This document shows positions 39,990 through 49,608 of a stretch of DNA of 57,521 nt, piece after piece. Position numbers and translations under genes: made by a program. A model generated the notes under the pieces. It was not told the DNA's origin. It saw nothing but the letters and a program-made list of their open reading frames with translations, and searched no databases. Origin of the DNA: Terriglobus sp. (GTDB lineage: Bacteria; Acidobacteriota; Terriglobia; Terriglobales; Acidobacteriaceae); assembly GCA_026225595.1 (NCBI GenBank), contig JAMFTB010000286.1:1-57521 (forward strand). Reading direction: 5' to 3'. Every line of letters starts with the position of its first letter. Position 1 is the stretch's first letter.

Positions 39990-40053
39990 CTGCACAAACA
40001 GCTTCGCAGCGGCCTGCTAGCATCGGACTCCTGGAGAATGAGGAGTTGCGCGG

Positions 40054-40575
40054 ATGCTCTACGCATGGACAGTCATCTCCGCAGCTTGCGCAGCGATTCC
40101 TGCATTGCTGACGGTTGCGAACCTGGGCAAACATACGCCGCCTCCGTCGGCAGGCGATGTGCGGTTTCCGCGGCTCAGTGCACTGATCCCGGGCCGCAAT
40201 GAGTTGGGAGGCATTCCCGCCCGCGTTGAGAGCGTGCTCGCATCGCATGGTGTCCTGGTCGGAGTGCTTGTCCTTGTGCCGGTAACGCTGTTGCTGTTGT
40301 TGGGGCAGGTGCTGGCCGCGGTGCTTCTGTGGCTGGCATGGCAGCACACGTTCTTTGTGATTCCGTTTCTGGGGCCACCGCTGCGCGTGGGGATGTCGCC
40401 TGTGTGGTGGGCGTCCGCGGCGCTGGTGCTCAGCTATCTGCCACGGTTGATCAACACGGTGCGCTATCGGCAAAGCTGGCTTGGCGCGCTGCTGCATCCG
40501 CTGGGCGTGGTTCTGCTGTTGGTGCTTCAGTGGGTTGCACTGGCACGCAAGCTGGCGGGAAGGTCTGCGAAATAA
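40054..40575 (+). pseudogene. GT2 glycosyltransferase (CrtQ/hopanoid-associated type) with an in-frame internal deletion
   Basis: LSALIPGRNE..VESVLAS..VLVL joins directly to C-terminal TM helices (RYRQSWLGALLHPLG); the DD.S.D and DxD core is absent. Confidence 0.65.
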
Positions 40576-40627
40576 AAGGCGAGACGCGGTCCGGCAGGTT
40601 GATCGTTCATTCGAAAAAGGTCACAAG

Positions 40628-40664
40628 AGAAAGCAGCCACGGGAGTCTCCCGTGGCTGCTTTCT
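40628..40664. terminator. Bidirectional intrinsic terminator
   Basis: AGAAAGCAGCCACGGGA-GTC-TCCCGTGGCTGCTTTCT. Confidence 0.85.
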
Positions 40665-40682
40665 TTGCGGAGTAAAGAAGAG

Positions 40683-41789
40683 CTACTTCTTCTTGGCCGA
40701 GTTCCTGAACGCTGTAACCTGCTTCTGATCGAAGGCGCCCACAATGCCCGTAACGTCTGCTGCATGCGTTCCGGTTGGAGCCAACTCCAGGTACTTCAGG
40801 TAAGCTTCCAGGCATCCCGGAGGTGCAGACATCGTCTGCGTCTTGGGGTCCAGCTTCGCCTGGTCAATCAGGCTCTGGCCCTTGATGTAGTACGCGTCAG
40901 CCTTGGTCGGATCGGCCGCAATGGCCTTGTCTGCAGCCTGCGCGGACTGGTCGTGCTGGCCGGCGTTGTACAGCACCACAGCTTCGTTGTAGTAGTAGGT
41001 GGCAGCCTTTGCGGGCTCTGCCTGCGATGCCTTGTCATAGGCGGCCATCGCTTCAGGACCCTTCTTCAGATTGGCATATGCCTGGCCCATGTTGTTGTAG
41101 GCGCTGCCGGCAAAGGACGGATTCGGCTTCTTCGACGCGGCATTCAGGTCAATCGCCTTCTGCAGCGAAACGATCGCGTCTTCATTCTTCTTGGCGCCAA
41201 CCTGCGCATTGCCCAGTTCCAGCCACAGGATGGCCTCGTCGGGCTTCTGCTGCGTCGCTGCGGTCATCACGGTCACAGCGTCGTCGTACTTGCCGGCCTT
41301 CTCATCATCGCGTGCGGTCTGCAGCGATGCGTTCAGGTTTGCCACAGCCTTATTCGCGTTCACGGTTGCCGCGTTTTCCTTCTTGAACTCTTCAATCTGC
41401 TTGCGCGCTTCCGGCGTCATTGCGTCCAGAAATTCCTTACGCGTCATGTCATCGTTCTGCGCCAGATCCTCGCCGGACTTGATCTCAACATTGTCGATGT
41501 AGTCGACCGTGGCGCCCTTCACGACGAAGAACAGGACGTACTTGCCGGGCTTAATGCCGGTGCCGGTGAAGTCGCCGCCGGGGGTGGTGGTGAAGCTGTA
41601 GAGGTACTTGCGGCTCTTGTCGTCGCCGCTGCGGTCCTGCGTCAGCTTGACTTCACCTGCTTGGGGAAAGCCTGCAGCGTTCTGCACGTGGCCGTGGATG
41701 CTGCCGGGTGCTGCGTCCTGCGCAAAGGTGAATGCGGCGGGCGACAACAGCGCCAGCAGAGCGGTGTGGATGAGGATGCGGGACTTCAT
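40683..41789 (-). CDS. Exported TPR protein with carboxypeptidase regulatory-like N-domain
   Basis: Signal peptide, GSIHGHV, TPR repeats, YLELAPTG. Confidence 0.85.
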   Translation of the reverse strand: MKSRILIHTALLALLSPAAFTFAQDAAPGSIHGHVQNAAGFPQAGEVKLTQDRSGDDKSRKYLYSFTTTPGGDFTGTGIKPGKYVLFFVVKGATVDYIDNVEIKSGEDLAQNDDMTRKEFLDAMTPEARKQIEEFKKENAATVNANKAVANLNASLQTARDDEKAGKYDDAVTVMTAATQQKPDEAILWLELGNAQVGAKKNEDAIVSLQKAIDLNAASKKPNPSFAGSAYNNMGQAYANLKKGPEAMAAYDKASQAEPAKAATYYYNEAVVLYNAGQHDQSAQAADKAIAADPTKADAYYIKGQSLIDQAKLDPKTQTMSAPPGCLEAYLKYLELAPTGTHAADVTGIVGAFDQKQVTAFRNSAKKK

Positions 41790-41895
41790 GATCGTTCGGC
41801 TCCTTGGCCAGCCGGCGGAGTACCGGCCTGGTGGGTTCAGACGTAAAGTGTGCGGCAAAAGTCGCAAATGGGCGCCGTATCGTCCGCCGCGGCCG

Positions 41896-42603
41896 TCAAT
41901 GAACGGCGTAGGGGATTGGATCGGCAGTGCCGGCTTCCCGGAATGCTCGCAGTCGCAAAGCGCAGCTTTCGCACACGCCGCAGGCTGTTTCTTCACCGGA
42001 ATAGCAGGACCAACTTACATGGAGTGGTGCCTTCAATTCAACACCTAACGCCACGATTTCACGCTTGCGAAGTTGAATAAGAGGTGTTTCGATCCGGATA
42101 TCGCCCGCCTTGGTTCCCTGGCGGATCAATTGGTTGAAGGCGTCGTAGTAGGCGGGGCGGCAATCCGGGTAGCCGGAGCTGTCCTGCTCCACCGCTCCAA
42201 TCATGATCGTGCGCGCCCCCAAAACCTCAGCCCAGGACACAGCAGCGGACAAAAAATGGGCATTGCGGAAGGGAACATAAGTTACCGGCACGTCGTCGCC
42301 GCTGCGCTGGCTGGTGTCTTCTTCGGTGGCAGCATCGGGGATAGCGATTGATGCATCGGTAAGAGCCGAGCCGCCAATCTGCCGGAAGAGGTCCATCTTC
42401 AATGGCAGAAACTGGCGGAAGCCAAGCAGCTCTGCCACGGCGCGTGCGCTGCGTAACTCGCGCGCTTCCGTCCGCTGGCCGTAGGAGAAGTGCACCGCAT
42501 AAGCGTCGTAGTCACGCGCCGCCAGCGCCGCACAGACCGTGGAGTCCATGCCGCCTGAGAGGCAGACAACTGCCTTGGGGCGCAGGATAGTGGAGTTGCT
42601 CAT
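41896..42603 (-). CDS. queC: 7-cyano-7-deazaguanine synthase
   Basis: SGGMDS, TYVPFRN, YPDCR, WSCY..CGVCESC. Confidence 0.95.
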   Translation of the reverse strand: MSNSTILRPKAVVCLSGGMDSTVCAALAARDYDAYAVHFSYGQRTEARELRSARAVAELLGFRQFLPLKMDLFRQIGGSALTDASIAIPDAATEEDTSQRSGDDVPVTYVPFRNAHFLSAAVSWAEVLGARTIMIGAVEQDSSGYPDCRPAYYDAFNQLIRQGTKAGDIRIETPLIQLRKREIVALGVELKAPLHVSWSCYSGEETACGVCESCALRLRAFREAGTADPIPYAVH

Positions 42604-42630
42604 CTCTCTAAGGATACTGCTTAAACGCCT

Positions 42631-42715
42631 TGTCCTGCCGGACGGGCCCTCTGCGCGCGGGGCGGGCGTTTGCACGCCTTTTTACTGGCTTCGCCTCGCC
42701 CCTCCCGGTAGGACA
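42631..42715. mobile_element. TGTCCTGCCGG repeat, minimal copy D (one arm plus an 11-bp right terminus)
   Basis: Complete left arm followed by CCGGTAGGACA. Confidence 0.8.
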
Positions 42716-42720
42716 AGTAC

Positions 42721-43008
42721 CTACAGCTCGTCGCCGTTGTCGGCCAGGGATGCACCCTCGATATTGCTGCCGGTATCTACGCCGTCGGCGTTCGTGCTGG
42801 TGGGGATGGTGTTCAACAGGATGCGAGCTGTCTCTGCATCTTCTGCGCGCACCTGCAGCCGGGCGCCGCTTACCGGCAGCAGTATGTTGGCCTCTTCGCC
42901 AGACAGGAAGGAGTTGACCCCCGCGCCATCCAGTACGGACTGCGCCACCGCCGCCTCGCCCGCCGTGGAATAGCTTGCCACTGTAACCATCATCTCTGCG
43001 CTCGTCAT
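42721..43008 (-). CDS. DUF2007-like (putative signal-transducing) protein
   Basis: VTVASY...EA..A.SVL..AGV, RLQV..ED.E.A. Confidence 0.75.
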   Translation of the reverse strand: MTSAEMMVTVASYSTAGEAAVAQSVLDGAGVNSFLSGEEANILLPVSGARLQVRAEDAETARILLNTIPTSTNADGVDTGSNIEGASLADNGDEL

Positions 43009-43073
43009 GCTGTACTCCCTCTTGTGTCGCTACGGCTTCTTATGACGGCGTGGAAGGTCATCCGGTCGCCTGA

Positions 43074-44618
43074 CTATGGTTTAGCCAGCAACACGCCCCG
43101 CCAGAACGTGAGCTTGTCGGCGGAAAGCATCTGCCCGTTCGTTGCTCCGGCAGGATCAATGAGCCACCAGCAGCCTGACGAAGATCGAGCTTCAGCACTG
43201 CATACCCAGGTGGCTCGGCTGCCTGCAAAGCGCACCCACGCGGCGGCGGCGTGGTCGCTTACGACGTGGTCTACTGCGGTGTAGTTGCGGTCGGTTACCT
43301 TATCCAGCGTGCCAAAGAAATACGGCACCTCCGCGGTGTGGTGCGCGCGGAACTCCGGATGCGCCTTCCACGGAGGCACCCGCGCAAAGTAGTAGAAGCT
43401 GACGGGCTGGCGTCGGCCGCCCGCAGTACGCATCTGCGCCCATAGCTCTGACATCGCGAAATTATGGTCGCGGGCAGCCTGCACCTGCGATGTTGCGGCC
43501 TCAGCATCCGTGCCCGCTGGGTACAGCTGTAAAAAGCGTTCCGCAGATGAGCCATACTTCGCCTGCGCATCGTCGCGAAACTTCGCGGCGGGCACTTTGC
43601 CATAGGTTGCATTGGCGCCCTCGTCGGCGTTCCAGCCCTGGATGACGGGCACGTCGGCTCCCAGCGGATGCGCCAGCTCCGCGTCCGGTTGTTGCGGCAG
43701 AAACCATCCATCCACCACGGGCCTGCGGGCAGGTGCATCCGTCATGTTGAGTAGTGCATCCGCAGGCAGGTCGCGTAGCGCAGCCAGCGAGCCTCCATGC
43801 TTTGCGGTGAAGGCATCACCCAGCGCTGCGGCATCCTGCAGAGTGGGCAGAGCCGTTGCGGAACCAAAGATCAGGCCGCTATCCATCACCGCGCCCGTGA
43901 ACAGACCCTTCGCCGCAGGTGAGGCCATCAATAGCTCCACACTCATCGACCCAACGGACTGGCCCGCTACCGTTACCCGCTTCGGGTCACCGCCAAGCGC
44001 GGCAATGTTGCGCTGCACCCACTGCAGCGCCGCCAGCTGGTCCAGCAGGCCATAGTTGCCCGCGCTGCCATGAGGAGACTCGCGCACCAGCTCTGCGCTT
44101 TGGAAGAAGCCGAAGACGCCCATGCGGTAGTTCACATCCACCACCACCAGGCCGCGCCGCGCCAGCGCCGTGCCGTCGTAGCTGCTGATGCTGCCAGATC
44201 CCTCAACCCATCCACCGCCGTGCAGGTACACGAGCACCGGTGCGCCCTTGGCTTTTTCAGCAGCCCAGATGTTCACGTACAGGCAGTCCTCACTGACTTC
44301 GTTCTGGACCATGAAGGCTTCCGTCCACGGCAGGTGGCTGTGCGACAGCCTCTGCATGCAGCTGGCGCCGTAGTGGTCGGCGGGCAGAGGCGTTGTGCTG
44401 CGCTGCACCGGTTGCGGGGCGCGCCAGCGCAGTGGACCCACGGGCGGCGCGGCAAAGGGCACGCCAAGAAAGACGCGGATGTTGCCGCTGCGCATACCCA
44501 CCAGCGCGCCGCTCTCAGTCTTCACAGGCGTCTGCGCATTCACGGACAGGGGCAGCACTGCCATCTGAGCCAGCAACGTCAGGGCCAATCCAAAACGGAA
44601 GCGATGTTCACTCTTCAT
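43074..44618 (-). CDS. Type-B carboxylesterase
   Basis: FLGVPFAAPPVG, SEDCLYVN, HGGG, GQSVG. Confidence 0.92.
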   Translation of the reverse strand: MKSEHRFRFGLALTLLAQMAVLPLSVNAQTPVKTESGALVGMRSGNIRVFLGVPFAAPPVGPLRWRAPQPVQRSTTPLPADHYGASCMQRLSHSHLPWTEAFMVQNEVSEDCLYVNIWAAEKAKGAPVLVYLHGGGWVEGSGSISSYDGTALARRGLVVVDVNYRMGVFGFFQSAELVRESPHGSAGNYGLLDQLAALQWVQRNIAALGGDPKRVTVAGQSVGSMSVELLMASPAAKGLFTGAVMDSGLIFGSATALPTLQDAAALGDAFTAKHGGSLAALRDLPADALLNMTDAPARRPVVDGWFLPQQPDAELAHPLGADVPVIQGWNADEGANATYGKVPAAKFRDDAQAKYGSSAERFLQLYPAGTDAEAATSQVQAARDHNFAMSELWAQMRTAGGRRQPVSFYYFARVPPWKAHPEFRAHHTAEVPYFFGTLDKVTDRNYTAVDHVVSDHAAAAWVRFAGSRATWVCSAEARSSSGCWWLIDPAGATNGQMLSADKLTFWRGVLLAKP

Positions 44619-44654
44619 CGCGAGCGATGATAGCGCGCGGCATACACTTCCATC

Positions 44655-45344
44655 ATGCGAGTTGTGATCTTTGGTGCCAGCGGCATGGTGGGGCAGGGCG
44701 TTTTGCGCGAATGCCTAGTGAACGAGGGCGTGACGGAAGTGCTGTGCGTAAGCCGCAGCCCGCTGCAGGCGGATGGCGTGCAAGCCACGCTGCCGCAGAA
44801 GAGTAAGCTGCGCGAACTGGTGCGGCCAGACTGCTTCTCCACGCAGGATTTTGAGCCGGTGGCCGCGGAGCTTACGGGCTTTGACGCATGCTATTTCCCG
44901 CTGGGCGTCTCATCCGTCGGCAAGTCCGAGGCCGACTACACGCACATCACGCGCGACCTCACACTCTCGGTTGCGAAGACGCTTGCGGCGCACAATCCCG
45001 CCATGGTGTTCATCTACGTAAGCGGCGAGGGCACGGACACTAACAGCAAGACGATGTGGGCGCGTGTGAAGGGCGGGACGGAGGATGCGCTGCTGGCCAT
45101 GCCCTTCCGCGGCGCATACATGTTCCGCCCCGGCGCAATTCTGCCAAAGCACGGTATCCGCTCAAAGACTGCTGCGTATAACGTGCTCTACCGCATCTTC
45201 TACCCGGTGTTTCTGCTGCTAAGCAAGTTCCCAAAGATCGCGACGGACACAGAAACCGTAGGCCGCGCCATGCTGCGCGTCACACGCGATCTGCCGACGG
45301 AACGCTACTGGAACACCGCAGCCATCAACCGCATCGGGCGCTGA
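44655..45344 (+). CDS. NAD(P)-binding epimerase-like protein
   Basis: FGASGMVG, MWARVKG. Confidence 0.85.
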   Translation: MRVVIFGASGMVGQGVLRECLVNEGVTEVLCVSRSPLQADGVQATLPQKSKLRELVRPDCFSTQDFEPVAAELTGFDACYFPLGVSSVGKSEADYTHITRDLTLSVAKTLAAHNPAMVFIYVSGEGTDTNSKTMWARVKGGTEDALLAMPFRGAYMFRPGAILPKHGIRSKTAAYNVLYRIFYPVFLLLSKFPKIATDTETVGRAMLRVTRDLPTERYWNTAAINRIGR

Positions 45345-45366
45345 AACAACCGCAGGCTTATTTGTT

Positions 45367-45539
45367 GCACGAATCGGAAGGGCACGGCTGAAGCGGTGCC
45401 CTTACGATTCGTGCCAGATCAAGAAGCCAAATCAGGCGCGAAAAATCGGCAATCAAGATGCAGCGCCGCATAAAAGGCCTTTAGGCCCCGAGATAGATAC
45501 GTCCGTCAAAGAGCAGCAGGGGCTTTAGCCCCTGAGATA
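45367..45539. repeat. Family-2 REP hairpins
   Basis: 48-bp near-perfect hairpin GCACGAATCGGAAGGGCAC..GTGCCCTTACGATTCGTGC; CAGGGGCTTTAGCCCCTG. Confidence 0.75.
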
Positions 45540-45543
45540 GAAC

Positions 45544-46611
45544 CTACTTCGCCGCAACCGGCAAAGCATCACGATCCTTTGCCCAGTTCGCCACGATGGA
45601 CCGCACCACAACATCGCCCACGCGGTACGCGCTGTCCAGCGACGGCAGGAACGCGCTGTACTTTGTGATCTTCGTCTCTGCCAGGCTGTCCGCTGCGCTG
45701 ATGCCCTCGCGCTGCTGGTCGTAGTTGCTGGCTGTGCGCAGCACCAGCACGCGCTGTACGTCGACCTTGCCCGCGCGCGCCAGCCAGGTCAGGCTCTGCA
45801 GTGTGCCGGTGTCTTCCATGCCGCAGATGGCGTATGTGCCTTTGCCGTCGGTCTGGTACTTCACCCAGTCGCGCGCCCACTGGTTCAGCAGCTTGCCATG
45901 CCAGAAGGTGCTGGCGCTCAGGTTGTCGCCACGCAGGACGAACGGCGACCGCTTGGCGGCATTACTCGCAAAGCTCTGGCGGCGGTCGCGGATCTCTGCC
46001 GTGTCCGGTAGCTTCACATCCTTGGTCAACGCATAGGCCCAATCCACTAGCGACGTATCCAGGTGGAAGACGATGCCATTCGCATCCGTTCGCGGAGCCT
46101 CATACGGCACGCTCTTGCGCAGCGGCACGTAGCCTGTCTTCCAGTCCTTGGGCATCTCGCGCGGATCAATCTCGTGGGCGATGTCGCCATCCACAATCCA
46201 GTCAGACCACACGGCCGATCCAAGCGAACCCATCTGCGGATCGATACCGCCAATGCCGGCAACCAGCCAGTAGGCATGCGTCAGGTCAAAGCGAGGGTCG
46301 CTGCCCAGCGCCATCACGGTAGCCGCTGCGTCTGCAGTGCCCACGCCTGTGACGATGCCCAGCACGCCGTCATCGTTCATCATGGCGTCGTGGTAGGCGC
46401 TCGGTAGAGGGAAGCGCCGTGTGAGGTGCTCGCCCTCAGCCCAGTGCTGAAACTCGCCGGGCGCGTCCCCGGTGTCGTTGCCAATCTCAAACATGGTCAC
46501 GACGACGACTTTTACCGGAATCTTTGCGGGAGCAGTCTGCGCCGTAGCGCATGGAATCCACGCGGACAACACGGCTGCAAGCAGTGGGGCAAAGTCTGAA
46601 AAGGGGCGCAT
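45544..46611 (-). CDS. Purine nucleoside permease (NUP family) protein
   Basis: KVVVVTMFE.G.D.GD.PGE.Q.W, DPRFDLT..YWLVAGIGG, MEDTG, LRTASNYD. Confidence 0.88.
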   Translation of the reverse strand: MRPFSDFAPLLAAVLSAWIPCATAQTAPAKIPVKVVVVTMFEIGNDTGDAPGEFQHWAEGEHLTRRFPLPSAYHDAMMNDDGVLGIVTGVGTADAAATVMALGSDPRFDLTHAYWLVAGIGGIDPQMGSLGSAVWSDWIVDGDIAHEIDPREMPKDWKTGYVPLRKSVPYEAPRTDANGIVFHLDTSLVDWAYALTKDVKLPDTAEIRDRRQSFASNAAKRSPFVLRGDNLSASTFWHGKLLNQWARDWVKYQTDGKGTYAICGMEDTGTLQSLTWLARAGKVDVQRVLVLRTASNYDQQREGISAADSLAETKITKYSAFLPSLDSAYRVGDVVVRSIVANWAKDRDALPVAAK

Positions 46612-46638
46612 GCAGCCAATACTACCGTTTTGGCGGGG

Positions 46639-47346
46639 CTACTTTGAGCTGTTGGAGCTGTAGGGCGTTTCCGCAAGCCGGCGCACAATGCGGTAGCAGT
46701 CACAGGCGGCTGCTACCATGCCCGGTCGATCCACAATCTGTACCACTCCACGCCGGTAGCTGATGAGGCCGCTGCGTTGCAGCGTTCCCGCAACCAGTGC
46801 CACGGTGGTGCGCCGCGTGCCCAGCATCTGCGAGAGCGATTCCTGCGTCAGCTGTACAGACTCGCTTTCCGTGCGGTCCGCTGCCGTCAACAGCCAGCGC
46901 GCCAGCCGCTCCGATGCGTGGTGCAGTTTGTTGCAGGCCGCAATCTGGTCCAGCATCAGGGTTTGCTGCTGGATTGCCTGCAATAGGTGCTCGCGCAGCT
47001 CCAGCGAAGACTCAAAGAGCTTTCGCATTTCTGCGGTGGACACGCGCAGAGCCGTTCCCGGTGTCTGCATAAAGCAGTGGGCAACCGGCGGGTGATTTCC
47101 CAACAGTGCCGATGCGCCAACAATGCCTTCAGCGCCGATCATGCCGATCTCGGCTGAGCCGCCATCCGGCACTGAGACCACTATGGATGCAATGCCAGAG
47201 GTAAGCAGGTGAATGAACTGCGGCTGCTTATCCGGCTCGTAAAGCGAGGCGCGTTGCCGCAAATCCACGGCCTTGGCCACAGATAGCAGTTGTGCACGAA
47301 CAGGGGGAGAAAGCGCCTCAACCAAGCGGTTCAAACCGACGGCCAT
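46639..47346 (-). CDS. Crp/Fnr family regulator
   Basis: EIGMIGAEG, ERLARWLL, LTQE.LSQMLGTRRTTV, ACDCY. Confidence 0.92.
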   Translation of the reverse strand: MAVGLNRLVEALSPPVRAQLLSVAKAVDLRQRASLYEPDKQPQFIHLLTSGIASIVVSVPDGGSAEIGMIGAEGIVGASALLGNHPPVAHCFMQTPGTALRVSTAEMRKLFESSLELREHLLQAIQQQTLMLDQIAACNKLHHASERLARWLLTAADRTESESVQLTQESLSQMLGTRRTTVALVAGTLQRSGLISYRRGVVQIVDRPGMVAAACDCYRIVRRLAETPYSSNSSK

Positions 47347-47486
47347 GCACCGGTCCTGGCTTCATCTGCCCGGCGGGGCGCACTTCTGTAATTTGTTGTT
47401 CGGGTAGACTCTCGCGGGATGCAAATGAACTTACGACGCATATCAACGTGACAATACGTTGACAGCACGTTCGTTACTGCCCGCTA

Positions 47487-48308
47487 TCAGACACTTTGCA
47501 AATTGGGCAGCAATCCGTCTACTGTGTGCCCATGTTCGGGCCCTGTGTAGAGCTTCTCGACGATCTTGCAGGTCACCTCGTAGCAGTCGCAGGCCACCGC
47601 AGAGAGTCCGGCACGATCCAGAATCCGCACGCGGCCGCGGCTGTATTCAATGTGCCCGGCCCGCTGCAGAATCCCTGCAACCAACGCCACCGTGGTCCGC
47701 TGGCTGCCAAGCATCTCCGCAAGAAATTCCTGGGTCAGGTTCAGCATGTCGCTGTGGATGCGATCTGAGGTCATCAACAGCCAGCGCGCCAGCCTGGCCT
47801 CTGCCTCGTGGAGTTTGTTGCACGCGGAAAGCTGCGCGGAGATGTTCATCTGGCTCTGCAGAAACTCCAGCACGCGCATCCTTATCTCCGGTACGTTATC
47901 GAAGGCGGTGCGCATGGTCTTCAGCGGAATGCGCAGACCGGCGCCGGCAATCTGCATGAAGCACTCCGACTCCATGGGCGCGGAGCCCAGCAGCGCGGTA
48001 GCGCCCACAATACCCTCATCTCCGATCATGCCAACTTCGGCAGATCCACCCTCCTGCATGGTGACCACCACGGAAGCCGCGCCACTGGTCAGAAAGTGGA
48101 CAAAGGCAGGCGAATGACTCATATGAAACAGGGACGACCGGATGGGGAGGTCAATCTCACGCGCGGAGAGCATCAGCACCGCACGCGAGGCAGGGGAGAG
48201 AATTTGCAATAGGCGATTGCCGGTTCCAAGCATGGGAACTCCTCGCGGTACAGTCGCAAGAAGCGCCAAATTAGGGTCGCTGATCACGGCGTGAGATTCT
48301 GTCGGCAA
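47487..48308 (-). CDS. Crp/Fnr family regulator, tandem paralog; start uncertain
   Basis: EVGMIGDEG, RLARWLL, LTQEFLAEMLG, ACDCY. Confidence 0.9.
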   Translation of the reverse strand: MPTESHAVISDPNLALLATVPRGVPMLGTGNRLLQILSPASRAVLMLSAREIDLPIRSSLFHMSHSPAFVHFLTSGAASVVVTMQEGGSAEVGMIGDEGIVGATALLGSAPMESECFMQIAGAGLRIPLKTMRTAFDNVPEIRMRVLEFLQSQMNISAQLSACNKLHEAEARLARWLLMTSDRIHSDMLNLTQEFLAEMLGSQRTTVALVAGILQRAGHIEYSRGRVRILDRAGLSAVACDCYEVTCKIVEKLYTGPEHGHTVDGLLPNLQSV

Positions 48309-48483
48309 AGCCGACGTACTAACTCAACAGGTCTCAACTTGAATTGTACGTCGTAAACCCGACATATGCGGAGATATGTCACATTGACGGAATTGCGCAC
48401 CCATATGCCCGGTGGCCGACAGACCAGCGCACAGGCGTGCGCAACGATCAGTCTCTGTGCTTTAGACATATGGAGGCATTCCA

Positions 48484-48873
48484 GTGGACACCGCCTCAAA
48501 ACAACTTTCGGTCGTCTGCTTCAGTCACGATTCCAGTCTGCTGATGTCGCGGGTTTGGCTTATGGAGAAGATGGGCTGTACGGTCATCCCGGTTACAAGC
48601 GAAACTGAGTTTCGAGAGACGCTTCGCAAATATCCTGTTGGCCTGGTTGTTCTCTGCCAATCACTGACCTCAGAAGAGTGCCGAAAAGCCGATGCACTTT
48701 CACGGAAGCTCAGTCCCGAAGCACGAGTGCTTGTGCTGTTTAGTACAGAACAGAAGTGGATTCCGCGGGGAGATGGCGTCCTGCTGGACGCGCAGTGTGG
48801 CCCCGCAACGTTCCTGTCCACTGTGCGTGGCATGCTGCCCAGTCTTGATGGCCTGGCGGTAGCCTGGCGGTAG
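48484..48873 (+). CDS. Atypical single-domain receiver-like protein
   Basis: GGAGG SD plus GTG; REC-like pattern with LVVLCQSL (Cys at the usual Asp position). Confidence 0.6.
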   Translation: MDTASKQLSVVCFSHDSSLLMSRVWLMEKMGCTVIPVTSETEFRETLRKYPVGLVVLCQSLTSEECRKADALSRKLSPEARVLVLFSTEQKWIPRGDGVLLDAQCGPATFLSTVRGMLPSLDGLAVAWR

Positions 48874-48892
48874 ACTTTCCGGCCAGCGTCCG

Positions 48893-49597
48893 CTAGACGC
48901 CCTTTTTCAGCGGCTCCCACACAAACTTGTGCACCTGCAACGACAGCCGCGCGGGCAGGCCGTCTTCCAGCATCCATCCCACCAGGTCGCGCGCGTCCAG
49001 CTCCATGTTGTCTGCCGTGCGCAGCGGCGATGCCTGCTGCAGGAATGCAGGTGACAGCAGAATGTGTCCCAGCGTGCCGTCCGCAATCTTTGACGCGAGG
49101 TGTTCGCGGATGAAGTCGCGCGCAAACTCGTAGTCGCGCCGGTCGCGCAGCACAAACTTCACCTCGTCACGCGCGGTCAGCGTAAGCAGGTTGCTCATGC
49201 GGAACGATCCAAATGCGCTGCCGCTGCCCGGGCACTTTACATCCACAATCTTGTGAACGACGGCAGGCACCTCTTCCAGCGGACGCTCGCCGCTGGTCTC
49301 CATCATCAGGGTGTACTTCGTCTGCGGGTCGCTTAGCAGGCGCTGCATCAGCGGCAGCAGATCCTTTGCGTGCAGCATGGGTTCGCCGCCGGTAAACTCC
49401 ACCAGCGGGCACGGGGCCAGCGCTTCAATCTGCGACACGACTTCGTCTTCCGTAAACGGCTGTCCGCCCGTGAAGGTGTATTCGGAGTCGCACCAGGCGC
49501 AGCGCAGATTGCAACCCGCAAACCGCACAAAGATGCACGGCACGCCGGTAAACGACGACTCGCCCTGCACGGATTTGTAGAGTTCGATCAGGCGCAT
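48893..49597 (-). CDS. queE: 7-carboxy-7-deazaguanine synthase (radical SAM)
   Basis: SVQGES, CNLRCAWCD, TGGEP, SLQVHK. Confidence 0.94.
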   Translation of the reverse strand: MRLIELYKSVQGESSFTGVPCIFVRFAGCNLRCAWCDSEYTFTGGQPFTEDEVVSQIEALAPCPLVEFTGGEPMLHAKDLLPLMQRLLSDPQTKYTLMMETSGERPLEEVPAVVHKIVDVKCPGSGSAFGSFRMSNLLTLTARDEVKFVLRDRRDYEFARDFIREHLASKIADGTLGHILLSPAFLQQASPLRTADNMELDARDLVGWMLEDGLPARLSLQVHKFVWEPLKKGV

Positions 49598-49608
49598 AAG
49601 TCGCGTTG

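Noticed and set aside
15512-41846. Long antisense ORFs (15512-17134, 17144-18325, 31599-33116, 33127-34383, 40329-41846)
   Set aside because: These are typical high-GC shadow frames opposite well-supported genes.
43074-43980. Carboxylesterase as a pseudogene (GQSVG motif, unusual C-terminus)
   Set aside because: The frame is intact, the catalytic Ser, Glu and His regions are present, and no alternative frame restores a better consensus.
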